A stretch of 42,152 bases of DNA, from the NCBI GenBank assembly GCA_040389345.1, contig JAZKAE010000001.1:1-42152 (forward strand), given 5' to 3'. The notes under the pieces were generated by a model that had not been told where the DNA came from, made no database searches, and worked only from the letters and a program-made list of their open reading frames with translations. The position numbers and the translations under genes were made by a program. This document shows, piece by piece, positions 1 to 8,674 of the stretch. This stretch comes from Patescibacteria group bacterium. Its GTDB lineage: Bacteria > Patescibacteriota > Minisyncoccia > Phycocordibacterales > Zambryskibacteraceae. The stretch's first letter is position 1. Each line of letters begins with the position of its first letter.

Positions 1-1589
1 GAACGAGTGAGGCCGGTTGAGAAGGTCAGAGCATTTTCATAGTCTGTGCCGGCGACTGCGCCTATTACTGAGCCGTTGGCATTAGTTTTCAAAAGCTTTG
101 AAACAATGGAGCTCACAGCAAACGCTGAAGTAGTGGCATTCGTAGTAGTAGACCTCGTAATGTTATCGAAGATATGAGCTCCGGTCCAAGTGCCTCCTGC
201 TGTGTAGTCAATGGCAAAGCTTCTATTAGTAGAGAGGTCACCTCCGCCGGTCAGGCCTGCTCCTGCGGTGAGGGTAGTTGATTGAAGTGCATAGTTTCCT
301 GCAGCCTGGTAGTCCGTACCAGCTACTGCTCCTATTACTGAGCCGTTGGCGTCGGTTTTGAGGAGTTTAGAGGCGATACTTGAGATAGCGAAGCGTGAGG
401 TGGTGGCTTGGGTGCCGGTCGAGTTAGTGAATGTGAAATTTTGGAGAGTAGAAGAGCCTGTGACCAAAATATTAGCTGCCGTTAAAAGACCAGAGAGGGT
501 TTGAGTTCCTCCGTTTGAATTTGTGAAATAAAGATTTGTGAGGGATCCGGTTGTTGAATAGAAGTTCGTCGTAGTTGCCTGGGTCGATGTAGAATTGCGC
601 GACGTAAAGTCTTGAAGTGTAGTAGAACCGAGAGTAAGGAGGTTTTGGAATGTTCCAAGTCCGCTTGCAATGAGCGATCCTCCTTGAGCTTTAGTGAAGA
701 ACAATGACGAGGTCGTAGCTTGAGACCCAGTGGCATTCGTAAAGGTGAATTCTTGGAGCGTAGTCGAGGCAGAAACTTGGATGCCTCCAACGACCTCAAG
801 TTTTGCATTCGAGGTTGTAGCTGAGCCGCCGATCAACACTTGATTCGTGGTGGTAGCAAGCATGATCCCCGATCCATTGAAATATGACCAATTCACATCC
901 GTACCTCCGCCAGAGCCTGAGATCGTGTGGCAGCTAAATGTCCCCGCATCCCACATCAGAGCTGAGGTAGCGTTGTTGCATGAGGTGAGACCTGCACCAC
1001 TGATAGTGCCTGCAGTAAAGTTTGTCACCACCCCTGTGGTTGAGAAGGAGTTGGTGGTTGTTGCTGCGGTGGTGGTTGAATTACCGACGATGTTGAGATT
1101 ACCATTGATCGATGAAGACGTGTCGCTTCGTACGAACTGTGTCGAATCAAGACCGTTCAAAGTGTAGGCGGTCATCGCTGCAGGCACTGCCCCCAAGACC
1201 TTGCGAGGAGTCATCTCACCGTCCCAGGTTGGAGCCCCCGTGCCTCCGATCTCGATCGTAAGATATAGTGTCTGATTAAAATCTATGGTCGTAAGCGACG
1301 TGAGCGCGCCGAGCATGACGGAGAAAAGGCCCGAGGTCACTTGAACCTGATTGGCTCCGGTCAGAGTTTCTGTCCAGATTGGCACTCCGCCGGATGAGAC
1401 GGTGTACAGATTAAACCTCATATTATAGAGGCCATCGGCTACTGCCGTATCAGCTGGAGTAACAAGTCGGCCTTGGTAGTTGATCTCAGGATTAAAGCTT
1501 GCGTTCCACGTTGCAGCAGTAGCTACCGAGCTCATCATGAAAGAAGAGACAAAGAGGAATGTAAAAATGTAAGCAATGATCCTATTCAT
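1..1589 (-). CDS. Large secreted Ser/Thr-rich fibre/adhesin-like surface protein (5' part; runs off the left edge)
   Basis: Not in the ORF track; translated by hand. ATG at 1589, no stop down to base 1 (>=529 aa). Signal-peptide-like MNRIIAYIFTFLFVSSFMMSSVATAA, then NPEINYQGRL..DGLYNMRFNLY..GGVPIWTETL..VTSGLFSVMLG (N-terminus typical of tail-fibre-like surface proteins), then Thr/Ser/Asn/Gly-rich repeats. Confidence 0.85.
   Translation of the reverse strand, partial: MNRIIAYIFTFLFVSSFMMSSVATAATWNASFNPEINYQGRLVTPADTAVADGLYNMRFNLYTVSSGGVPIWTETLTGANQVQVTSGLFSVMLGALTSLTTIDFNQTLYLTIEIGGTGAPTWDGEMTPRKVLGAVPAAMTAYTLNGLDSTQFVRSDTSSSINGNLNIVGNSTTTAATTTNSFSTTGVVTNFTAGTISGAGLTSCNNATSALMWDAGTFSCHTISGSGGGTDVNWSYFNGSGIMLATTTNQVLIGGSATTSNAKLEVVGGIQVSASTTLQEFTFTNATGSQATTSSLFFTKAQGGSLIASGLGTFQNLLTLGSTTLQDFTSRNSTSTQATTTNFYSTTGSLTNLYFTNSNGGTQTLSGLLTAANILVTGSSTLQNFTFTNSTGTQATTSRFAISSIASKLLKTDANGSVIGAVAGTDYQAAGNYALQSTTLTAGAGLTGGGDLSTNRSFAIDYTAGGTWTGAHIFDNITRSTTTNATTSAFAVSSIVSKLLKTNANGSVIGAVAGTDYENALTFSTGLTR
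61..350. repeat. Intragenic direct repeat, 270-bp (90-aa) period
   Basis: cctattactgagccgttggc is identical at 61-80 and 331-350; both copies encode SKLLKT(N/D)ANGSVIGAVAGTDY. Confidence 0.9.
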
Positions 1590-3018
1590 GGCGGGTTCTA
1601 AATAGGTATGCAGCAATGGCGAACAGGATCAGGATAACCAAGAGATATGCAAGCAGGCGGTTTATATCTTCCTCAGAATAGTTAGCCAGATCTCCTGAAT
1701 GCACGACCATAGCTCCGTTTATCTTCTTTAATCCTTGATTCTTGAAATCAATGATCGTGATCTTCAATCGATAGCTGTCGGTCTTACCCAAAGATCCGAT
1801 CGTCGCCTCATAGCGAGTCTTTGCAGTATTGGCGCGAAGAATGAAGGTAAATGATTTTGGATGTTGGTCGATGGTCACAAGCGTCACCGCGATCGTCTTC
1901 AACACTTGGGGAAGATCTGTGTACTTGAGAGATATCTTCAAGTTCTTGTTACCGTCGATCGTGACGATCGCATCGCTTGGATCGATGATCACACCATCTT
2001 GGCTAAAGGTGAAATTCGCGAGGGTAAGGCCTGAGATGAGAGGGTCTACATCTGTTGCATCAGGGATCGTATCAAGCGGAGTAGAAGTGGCTGCTGGTTC
2101 GCCGAGAAGTAAGATGCGGGCCGAATCGATAACACCCGAAGAGAAATTTCCTGCGAGATCTTCTGTAAAGATCGCATAGTAGTAGGTCACGCCTGATTTT
2201 ACTTTTGTGTCCACGAAGCTCTCCGAGCTTCCCATGCGTTCGCTAAATATCGTTTCCCCGTCTTCTGGAGTCGACGGATAAAAGGATGTTGAGCGGACGA
2301 GGCGTTCTGCGACGACGTTCGAATCGTTCGGAAGCGTCCACCTCAAGTCGATCGTGTTCGTCCTTGCGGTGGCGCTAAACGATGTGACGTTCAAAGGGAG
2401 GTTTGAAAGCGGAAGTGCGAGAGTGGCGAACTCGATATTCTCATACGTGTTTGATCTGCCTGTATCCGTTGTGATGACGGCGCGGAGCGTGTATGTCGTA
2501 TTTGGTGTGAGATTTTTTATGAGGAATTTGTGATAAGTTCCATAGCCAACTTCTGTGACAGACCCAGCTGCATACGATCCTCCAGTGCCCCACGAGATCC
2601 CTGCAGTGACATCATTGTTTGTCCTAAAGATGACCATGGCACTCGTATCACTTGGCACTATATAGAAGAGCGGTTCTCCCTGAGAGCTCACCACAATCGG
2701 ATGAGAGGAGTTTGGGGACGATCCGCCGGATGTGGGCGCAGGTGTAGGACTGACTGACCCTGCCCCAGCTACAGGATGGAGATACCCCGCATCAAACAGT
2801 CCATAGCTTGCTCCTGCAAGCCTCCCAGTACTGCTCTCGCCCAAAGCCGACTCTCCTTTATATGTAGCACTTGCTCCGAGTCCTCCGGCAAAGTTGATGC
2901 TGTCGGATTGGATCTTATATATAGAAGAAGACCTTACTTGAGCGAATGAAAGGGTTGGAGTCGACATCGCGACCACAAGCAAAGATATGAGGATCTTTTT
3001 AGACAGAGGGTGCATCAT
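1582..3018 (-). CDS. Secreted, C-terminally membrane-anchored protein with fibronectin type III-like domains
   Basis: Signal peptide (..TLSFA), Ser/Pro linker, Fn3-like motifs (IKNLTPNTTYTLR; IDLRWTLP..FVDTKVKSGVTYYYAIFTED), C-terminal TM helix with basic tail. Confidence 0.8.
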   Translation of the reverse strand: MMHPLSKKILISLLVVAMSTPTLSFAQVRSSSIYKIQSDSINFAGGLGASATYKGESALGESSTGRLAGASYGLFDAGYLHPVAGAGSVSPTPAPTSGGSSPNSSHPIVVSSQGEPLFYIVPSDTSAMVIFRTNNDVTAGISWGTGGSYAAGSVTEVGYGTYHKFLIKNLTPNTTYTLRAVITTDTGRSNTYENIEFATLALPLSNLPLNVTSFSATARTNTIDLRWTLPNDSNVVAERLVRSTSFYPSTPEDGETIFSERMGSSESFVDTKVKSGVTYYYAIFTEDLAGNFSSGVIDSARILLLGEPAATSTPLDTIPDATDVDPLISGLTLANFTFSQDGVIIDPSDAIVTIDGNKNLKISLKYTDLPQVLKTIAVTLVTIDQHPKSFTFILRANTAKTRYEATIGSLGKTDSYRLKITIIDFKNQGLKKINGAMVVHSGDLANYSEEDINRLLAYLLVILILFAIAAYLFRTRHE

Positions 3019-3953
3019 CTCTTTTGTGACTTAATAGGCACGAGCACATATGCATAGCCTTCAGTGTCATCTCCTGCATGGAATTCAGGAGTGATCACTC
3101 CTGAATCTCCACTTGGGTCAGAAAGCACACTGACATCGTCTGAAAATACTTTTTTTATCCGTGCCACTTGCGTGCTGTGTTCCTCTGTAGACGGAGGCAA
3201 GACAACGAGTCCTCCATCGACAGTTTGGGCTTGAGTTACAACCGGACCTCCCTGCGGAACAGGGATCTTGGGATCAGAATTGAGACCAAGGATTCTTCGA
3301 AAAGTAGGGGTCATCTCTACCTTAAAAAGCCCGAGGATGGTCGCTGCCTGATTTGCCTTTCCATGTAAAGAATCCATTGATGAAGCGATACCTATGCTGA
3401 ATTTTTCAGAAACTTGAGGCAATCCATATTCCATCCATGGCATACCTGCCGAGACAAGCACAGTGATCATGGCCACAGCCACTGCAGTGCGCTGTACAAA
3501 ATTCCCTTTTTTCTTAGGCGCTATTTCACGTTTTAATAACTCGGGTAGCCGAGGTTTTACATCGGATTCATATCTAAAAAAGGTTTTGGGAGATGAAGCA
3601 ATTGTGTCTTTTTTTACAACAGGAAATGCAAAGACGGGCGCATCGCTATGCATTACCTCATCATTGGCAGGGACAATCGTCCTGGGAGCTTCTAGAGCCT
3701 CTACAGAAGCAATTAATGGGACAGGGGCAGAAGCATTAACAGAATAATTCTGTTTTTTTGATTTTCGATTTTTTTTATGCGCAACGAGAGAATCGTAATC
3801 AACGTACCAAGACCTTCCGATCATGCGCCCAGGAACTTTGCCAGTTCTTATAAGTGCACCAATATAATCTTGTGCATAGTTAAGCTTCTCAGCTGCTCGG
3901 CTTGCCGAGATATATTCTTTGCCGTCTAGAGAAAGACCTTTATTCATCAACAT
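3015..3953 (-). CDS. Membrane-anchored helix-turn-helix protein (excisionase/HTH_17-like N-terminus, one TM, extracytoplasmic C-domain); start may be 3947
   Basis: GKEYISASRAAEKLNYAQDYIGALIRTGKVPGRMIGRSWYV; hydrophobic TAVAVAMITVLVSAGM after a basic stretch; TATAAT 8 nt before ATG 3947. Confidence 0.8.
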   Translation of the reverse strand: MLMNKGLSLDGKEYISASRAAEKLNYAQDYIGALIRTGKVPGRMIGRSWYVDYDSLVAHKKNRKSKKQNYSVNASAPVPLIASVEALEAPRTIVPANDEVMHSDAPVFAFPVVKKDTIASSPKTFFRYESDVKPRLPELLKREIAPKKKGNFVQRTAVAVAMITVLVSAGMPWMEYGLPQVSEKFSIGIASSMDSLHGKANQAATILGLFKVEMTPTFRRILGLNSDPKIPVPQGGPVVTQAQTVDGGLVVLPPSTEEHSTQVARIKKVFSDDVSVLSDPSGDSGVITPEFHAGDDTEGYAYVLVPIKSQKR

Positions 3954-4043
3954 AAATTATAAATCTCGGCTCAACAATTCCCTAACTCCAATTTATTTTT
4001 TTGGGGATAACTATTTAGAAATATCAGCAGATGTTTAGTGAAG

Positions 4044-4061
4044 AATATTTGCTCAAATATT
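4044..4061. promoter_or_regulatory. Perfect 8-2-8 inverted repeat in the divergent intergenic region (candidate operator)
   Basis: aatatttg-ct-caaatatt between two divergent HTH genes; the AT-rich context lowers its significance. Confidence 0.35.
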
Positions 4062-4229
4062 GATTGAAAATAGGAAATATACGCCTTATATCCTAGAAGT
4101 GATCCCTTCTTGGCATCAGAGAAAGTTATTTTGCAAACTTAGGTTATTAACATATAAACCTTAATAGGTATTGCTAGATTATGATAAGATATTTATATAA
4201 GATTATTAATGTTTATAAATGATATACAT

Positions 4230-4481
4230 ATGAGAGAAGTCTATTTTTCGATTAAGGAAGCGGCTGAGATCCTTGGAGTTTCTCCCCTCACTCTTCGCAA
4301 CTGGGACAAGTCTGGTAAGTTTAAAGCAAATAGGCACCCCATGAATAATTACCGAGTGTATAAGCTCTCTGCTCTAGAACACGTTATTGAAGATATTGAA
4401 AGTGGTACGAGCAAATCAAATGCAGAAAAAAGGATCAAGAAACTGATGATCAGACATCTAGAGGATGAAGTTAAAGACTAA
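4230..4481 (+). CDS. Small stand-alone MerR-family HTH DNA-binding protein
   Basis: YFSIKEAAEILGVSPLTLRNWDKSGKF..RHPMNNYRVY MerR-type winged HTH; ATG at 4230 preferred over 4209. Confidence 0.85.
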   Translation: MREVYFSIKEAAEILGVSPLTLRNWDKSGKFKANRHPMNNYRVYKLSALEHVIEDIESGTSKSNAEKRIKKLMIRHLEDEVKD

Positions 4482-4493
4482 AATAGAAAATAA

Positions 4494-4523
4494 AAAAGCA
4501 CCCTCTGATCAGAGGGTGCTTTT
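4494..4523. terminator. Bidirectional intrinsic terminator (perfect 30-bp palindrome)
   Basis: aaaagcaccctctga/tcagagggtgctttt between the convergent MerR-like gene and gatB, with A/T tails on both sides. Confidence 0.85.
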
Positions 4524-5904
4524 ATTTTAGGATCTCTTGGAATATCTCTTTCAACACGGCGGGGTTAGCACTTCCCTTTGAAGCTTTCATCCCTTGCCCA
4601 ACTAAAAACTGAAGCGAGGCTATTTTCCCGTTCTTGTATTCTGAGACTGCCACAGGGTTCTCTGAAATTATTTTTTCTGCAATTATTTTAAGTTCGCCTT
4701 GATCGCTTTTCTGCAAAAGTCCTTTTTCTTCCGCAATCTGCTTTGGATCAACATCACTCTCATGCAAATGCTTCAGGATATCTTTGGCTCCACGAGATGA
4801 TATATCTCCCTGTCCAACCATGCGGATGACCTCTGCAACATGGGCGCTTGTGATCTTTTCTTGGAGGTCTGAAAGGATGTAGTTTGAAGCAAGTTGATAG
4901 TAGGCACTATCTCCTAGGACCTCGGCCACCTCTTCAAAGTAGCTCCCCCACTCGACATCGCGAACATAGATCTCGATGTCCTCTGCCTTGATCCCAAACG
5001 ACTTTTCGAACCTCTCTCTCCTTTCCCAAGGCAGTTCGGGCAGTGAAGCGAGCAGGGCGTCACGTGAAAATTCTTTGATCTCGCTGATGAATAATTTAGG
5101 AAGATCAGGGTCAGGAAAATATCTATAATCATGGGAATCTTCCTTGGCTCTTTGAGAAAAGGTAGCTTCTTTATTCTCATCCCATCCCCTGGTCTCTTGC
5201 ATCACCTTCTCCCCCTTCTCCAAAAGAGCGATATGCCGATCAACTTCGTAGCGGATCGCTTTCTCCAGAGCCCTGAAGGAATTTAAGTTTTTAACTTCAA
5301 CCTTGGTGCCCAAGGTAGCATCCTTTGAGACAGAGATGTTCGCTTCGACACGCATCTCCCCTTTTTCCATATTCGCAAAGCTTGCACCAAGATACACCAA
5401 CAGGAGTTGAAGTTCCTTGGCAAAACGGGCTGCGTCTTCTGCATCATGGATGACCGGCTCGGTCACAAGTTCCATAAGAGGAACTCCGGCGCGATTAAAA
5501 TCTAGAAGGCTCTGATCCCCGCTGTCGTGCGTTGATTTCGCAGTATCTTCTTCCAGATGCACGCGGGTCAATTTCACTCCGGCGATCTCTCCGTCTTTTA
5601 TAAGGGGATATGCATATTGGCTGATCTGATAGCTTTTTGGAATATCCGGATAGAAATAATTCTTGCGATCAAACTCCGTATAATCAGAAATTTCGCCGCC
5701 GACCGCAGCGCCGAGCGAAAGCACAAGGCGAACAGCTTCTTTGTTTATCACTGGAAGGGTTCCTGGGTAGCCCATGCAGACGGGGCAGATGTTCGTATTT
5801 GGGCGCTTCTCCTCGGTGTCATTCTTGGAGCTACAAAACATCTTCGTGTGTGTACGAAGCTCTGCGTGGATCTCTAGGCCTATAGTGGGAGTATATCCGC
5901 TCAT
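4522..5904 (-). CDS. gatB: Asp-tRNA(Asn)/Glu-tRNA(Gln) amidotransferase subunit B
   Basis: IGLEIHAEL, FDRKNYFYPD, HLEED, DFNRAGVPLMELVTEP, YRYFPDPDLP, FLVGQGMKASKG motifs. Confidence 0.98.
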   Translation of the reverse strand: MSGYTPTIGLEIHAELRTHTKMFCSSKNDTEEKRPNTNICPVCMGYPGTLPVINKEAVRLVLSLGAAVGGEISDYTEFDRKNYFYPDIPKSYQISQYAYPLIKDGEIAGVKLTRVHLEEDTAKSTHDSGDQSLLDFNRAGVPLMELVTEPVIHDAEDAARFAKELQLLLVYLGASFANMEKGEMRVEANISVSKDATLGTKVEVKNLNSFRALEKAIRYEVDRHIALLEKGEKVMQETRGWDENKEATFSQRAKEDSHDYRYFPDPDLPKLFISEIKEFSRDALLASLPELPWERRERFEKSFGIKAEDIEIYVRDVEWGSYFEEVAEVLGDSAYYQLASNYILSDLQEKITSAHVAEVIRMVGQGDISSRGAKDILKHLHESDVDPKQIAEEKGLLQKSDQGELKIIAEKIISENPVAVSEYKNGKIASLQFLVGQGMKASKGSANPAVLKEIFQEILK

Positions 5905-6860
5905 GTCTTACGTGAAAGTATATCCTGAAATGCTTTTATGAGCGTATCATCTATGACCGACATTGGGTAGACTTCCTTGCCTATGGTTCTAAGAAGGGCA
6001 AGTTTCTCCTCCTTTTCTTCCTCACCTATCATATCGACCTTGGTCAAAAGAAGTATCTCTGGCTTCTTTAAAATTGCTTTGTTATACAGTTCAAGCTCAC
6101 GCTGTACAACCTTATAAGTCTCTAATGGATCTTGCTCCTCAGAGGAGATAAGGTGTATCAACCCTTTAGTACGTTTTATATGTCTTAAGAACTTATGTCC
6201 AAGGCCTTTCCCCTCTGCAGCGCCTTCGATGAGGCCGGGGATATCTCCAAGAATTACTCCGTACATATCTCCTAAAGAAGGCTCCAAGGTGGTAAAAGGA
6301 AATGCTCCAACCTTCGAACGGGCTCTGGTGAGAGCGTTTAAGAGACTGGACTTGCCTGCATTGGGCAATCCGATAAGACCAAAGTCAACAGCCAATTCTA
6401 CCTCAATATGAAAGTCCGCCTCTTCTCCATCAACGCCTGGAGTGGTTTCCTCGGGTCTCGTATTAGTGGATGATTTAAAATGTTCGTTGCCCAATCCTCC
6501 TCGTCCTCCGGTTAAGAGTTTGATCCTCTGGCCATCTTCCATAAGCTCGAACACATGCCCGGTCTCAAGGTTTGTGACGATGGATCCAATCGGAAATTTT
6601 ATTTCTATATCTTCGCCGTCTGCTCCATGCCATGTATTCTTTGCGCCGTCCTCTCCGCGCTTTGCTTCAAATATTTTTTCTTTTCTATACGAAGCGAGAA
6701 CTCCTATATCGCGAACTGCCACAGCGATGACGCTGCCGCCTTTGCCGCCGTTCCCACCCGAAGGACCGCCCAGGTCCTTGCCCTTCTCATGCAGCCAACG
6801 CTCGACCCCGTCCCCTCCCCGGCCGGCTTTCAAATGTAGTGTGATCTCGTCTATGAACAT
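5901..6860 (-). CDS. obgE: GTPase Obg/CgtA
   Basis: Gly-rich Obg fold (GGPSGGNGGKGG), G1 GLPNAGKSS, PFTTLEP, DIPGLIEGA. Confidence 0.97.
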   Translation of the reverse strand: MFIDEITLHLKAGRGGDGVERWLHEKGKDLGGPSGGNGGKGGSVIAVAVRDIGVLASYRKEKIFEAKRGEDGAKNTWHGADGEDIEIKFPIGSIVTNLETGHVFELMEDGQRIKLLTGGRGGLGNEHFKSSTNTRPEETTPGVDGEEADFHIEVELAVDFGLIGLPNAGKSSLLNALTRARSKVGAFPFTTLEPSLGDMYGVILGDIPGLIEGAAEGKGLGHKFLRHIKRTKGLIHLISSEEQDPLETYKVVQRELELYNKAILKKPEILLLTKVDMIGEEEKEEKLALLRTIGKEVYPMSVIDDTLIKAFQDILSRKT

Positions 6861-6869
6861 ACCGGTACC

Positions 6870-7742
6870 TTACGAGTTTAAAGCGATCTCTGCAAGCTGC
6901 ATCGCTCCTTCCTTCGAATCTGCCGTTGCGATGAATCGTCCATTGTGGCAAAAGACCGCATCAGGCACTCCCGAGACTTCGGCTAACTCTTCCTTAGACT
7001 TTCCTACCCATGCCGCTGGAAAAAGTTTTTTTCGATCAAATCCGAACTTCTTTACTGGTACCCCCTTGGCTCCCCAGTTACCCTCTCTTCTTTTGTATAC
7101 CACAAACATTACCTCATGAATTGGAGACAATACAGGTTCCCAAGGAAGATCCTCTCCGAGCACAATTATTCTTTTGTCTGGAGAACTTTCATATATCTTA
7201 CGAACTTCTTTCATGCCCAGTGCGCGTTCTTCTGCTTTGGTAATCTCTCTCTCAAGAATTCCCTTAGCATGTTCAACGGCCACCATAAATGCTTCGTTCA
7301 ATCGACTTTCTGAACGATCATCATAGCTGAGGTATGAATATATATAATCCCGTACAGTGTAAGGTTCAATATCTTCAAACTTAGGTTCATATATCGACAC
7401 TCCATTGTCCGGTCCGTCTATGGGGATGACGAGCTTTTCTTCGATGATGTCTTTGCCTTCGCGAGCGAGTCTAAACCCGTATTCTCTCCAGACCAGACCG
7501 AATGATGCATAGGGTATGCCGTTGGGGCGCACGTCCGCTCCGCCTTCCTGATGGTGATCGAACCTCAGCTTTTCTGAGTCATAGACCATCCCCACATCCA
7601 CGACGATATCAGCGCTATCGATGACCTTGGGGTCGCGCGACCGTATCACCTTTGCATCCGGGTAGACCAAGAGAACCGTAGCTACGGCAAAGATATCATC
7701 AATATGGAACATTCCGCTGTGTGTGACGATGGTCTTTTTCAT
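6870..7742 (-). CDS. MYG1 (UPF0160) family DHH-type nuclease/hydrolase
   Basis: THSGMFHIDD, RSRD, VVDVG, FDHHQ, ASFGLVW, AVFCHNGRF motifs. Confidence 0.92.
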   Translation of the reverse strand: MKKTIVTHSGMFHIDDIFAVATVLLVYPDAKVIRSRDPKVIDSADIVVDVGMVYDSEKLRFDHHQEGGADVRPNGIPYASFGLVWREYGFRLAREGKDIIEEKLVIPIDGPDNGVSIYEPKFEDIEPYTVRDYIYSYLSYDDRSESRLNEAFMVAVEHAKGILEREITKAEERALGMKEVRKIYESSPDKRIIVLGEDLPWEPVLSPIHEVMFVVYKRREGNWGAKGVPVKKFGFDRKKLFPAAWVGKSKEELAEVSGVPDAVFCHNGRFIATADSKEGAMQLAEIALNS

Positions 7743-8272
7743 TACATTCTTTTATAGAGCTTGCGGCACAGGGCAATGAGAAGAAGACCGAGAGCTACAG
7801 TGAGCGCCATAGTGGGGATAGTGATATATCCGAACTCGTTCACGAATACCTTGGCGCATGCCGCTCCTTCGGCGGTACACGGCAGGACCGAGCGAGTTCC
7901 ACCGAGCTGTATGTATGAATGATACAGAGCGATAACTCCTGCAAAGATAGACAGCACAACGCTATATGCAAATACTCCGCCGTCCTTTTTATAGAGCGCG
8001 ACGCCAAAAAGCACGACTTGAGGATACAAGAAGATCCTTTGCCACCAGCACAATTCGCAAGGCGCATATCCGACGACCCCTGAGTACAAGAGACTTCCAA
8101 GAACTGCAGCGAGCGCGCTCAGAAATCCGAGGATAACGGCGTGTCTGCCGATCGCTTCTACCAGAGGTTTGCCCCACGATCTGTAGAAAATGCAGGAAAG
8201 GATAATAACCACAAACAAGGCGTGGGCGATAATTGTGGCATAAGAAAAAAGAGGAGTAATGAGCGTGTCCAT
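7742..8272 (-). CDS. Disulfide bond formation protein, DsbB/BdbC family
   Basis: PCELCWWQRIFLYP motif, second Cys pair (PC..ACA), FGYITIPTMAL, multiple TM helices; start reset to ATG 8272. Confidence 0.92.
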   Translation of the reverse strand: MDTLITPLFSYATIIAHALFVVIILSCIFYRSWGKPLVEAIGRHAVILGFLSALAAVLGSLLYSGVVGYAPCELCWWQRIFLYPQVVLFGVALYKKDGGVFAYSVVLSIFAGVIALYHSYIQLGGTRSVLPCTAEGAACAKVFVNEFGYITIPTMALTVALGLLLIALCRKLYKRM

Positions 8273-8283
8273 AGGTATGAGGA

Positions 8284-8673
8284 TTAAGCTGCGGGAAGCT
8301 CGCAAGAGCTTTTTTCGGCAAGGGTTTCAAATGTCTGCTCCCCCGTCAAGCGTTCGCCGTTCGGGAATTCCCACGTCGGATAGCTTGTGATCTTTGCAGT
8401 ATTACACGTCTCGTTCTGAGAATTGCCGTCAGGATTTGAGCATTCAACATAGGGCAAAAGTTTTTGCGCGCTGCCAAAAAGGGCTTTTTGCGCCTGGCAG
8501 TGTGGACACCAGAAAGCTCCATAAAACGTTACCCCCTTATCTTTGAGGCAGGTAGCAAACCCATCATATTTTGAAACGACCTGCCTTCCTGGTGTGCGAA
8601 TAAGCCATACAACGAATCCGATAAAGAGAACTAGAATGGCGAGCCATACGATGTGTTGTTTCTTCATGTTCAT
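8284..8673 (-). CDS. Membrane-anchored thioredoxin-like thiol-disulfide oxidoreductase (DsbA-like partner)
   Basis: N-terminal TM; FYGAFWCPHC, YVEC, SYPTW as in VKOR-associated Trx-like domains. Confidence 0.88.
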   Translation of the reverse strand: MNMKKQHIVWLAILVLFIGFVVWLIRTPGRQVVSKYDGFATCLKDKGVTFYGAFWCPHCQAQKALFGSAQKLLPYVECSNPDGNSQNETCNTAKITSYPTWEFPNGERLTGEQTFETLAEKSSCELPAA

Positions 8674-8674
8674 A

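Noticed and set aside
482-1167. Track ORFs 482..808 (-) and 847..1167 (+)
   Set aside because: Alternate-frame and antisense shadows of the long fibre-like gene 1..1589.
3015-4481. Prophage or integrative element suggested by excisionase-like HTHs and a fibre-like gene
   Set aside because: No integrase, capsid, terminase or att repeats; the proteins have signal peptides/TM anchors typical of cellular surface proteins.
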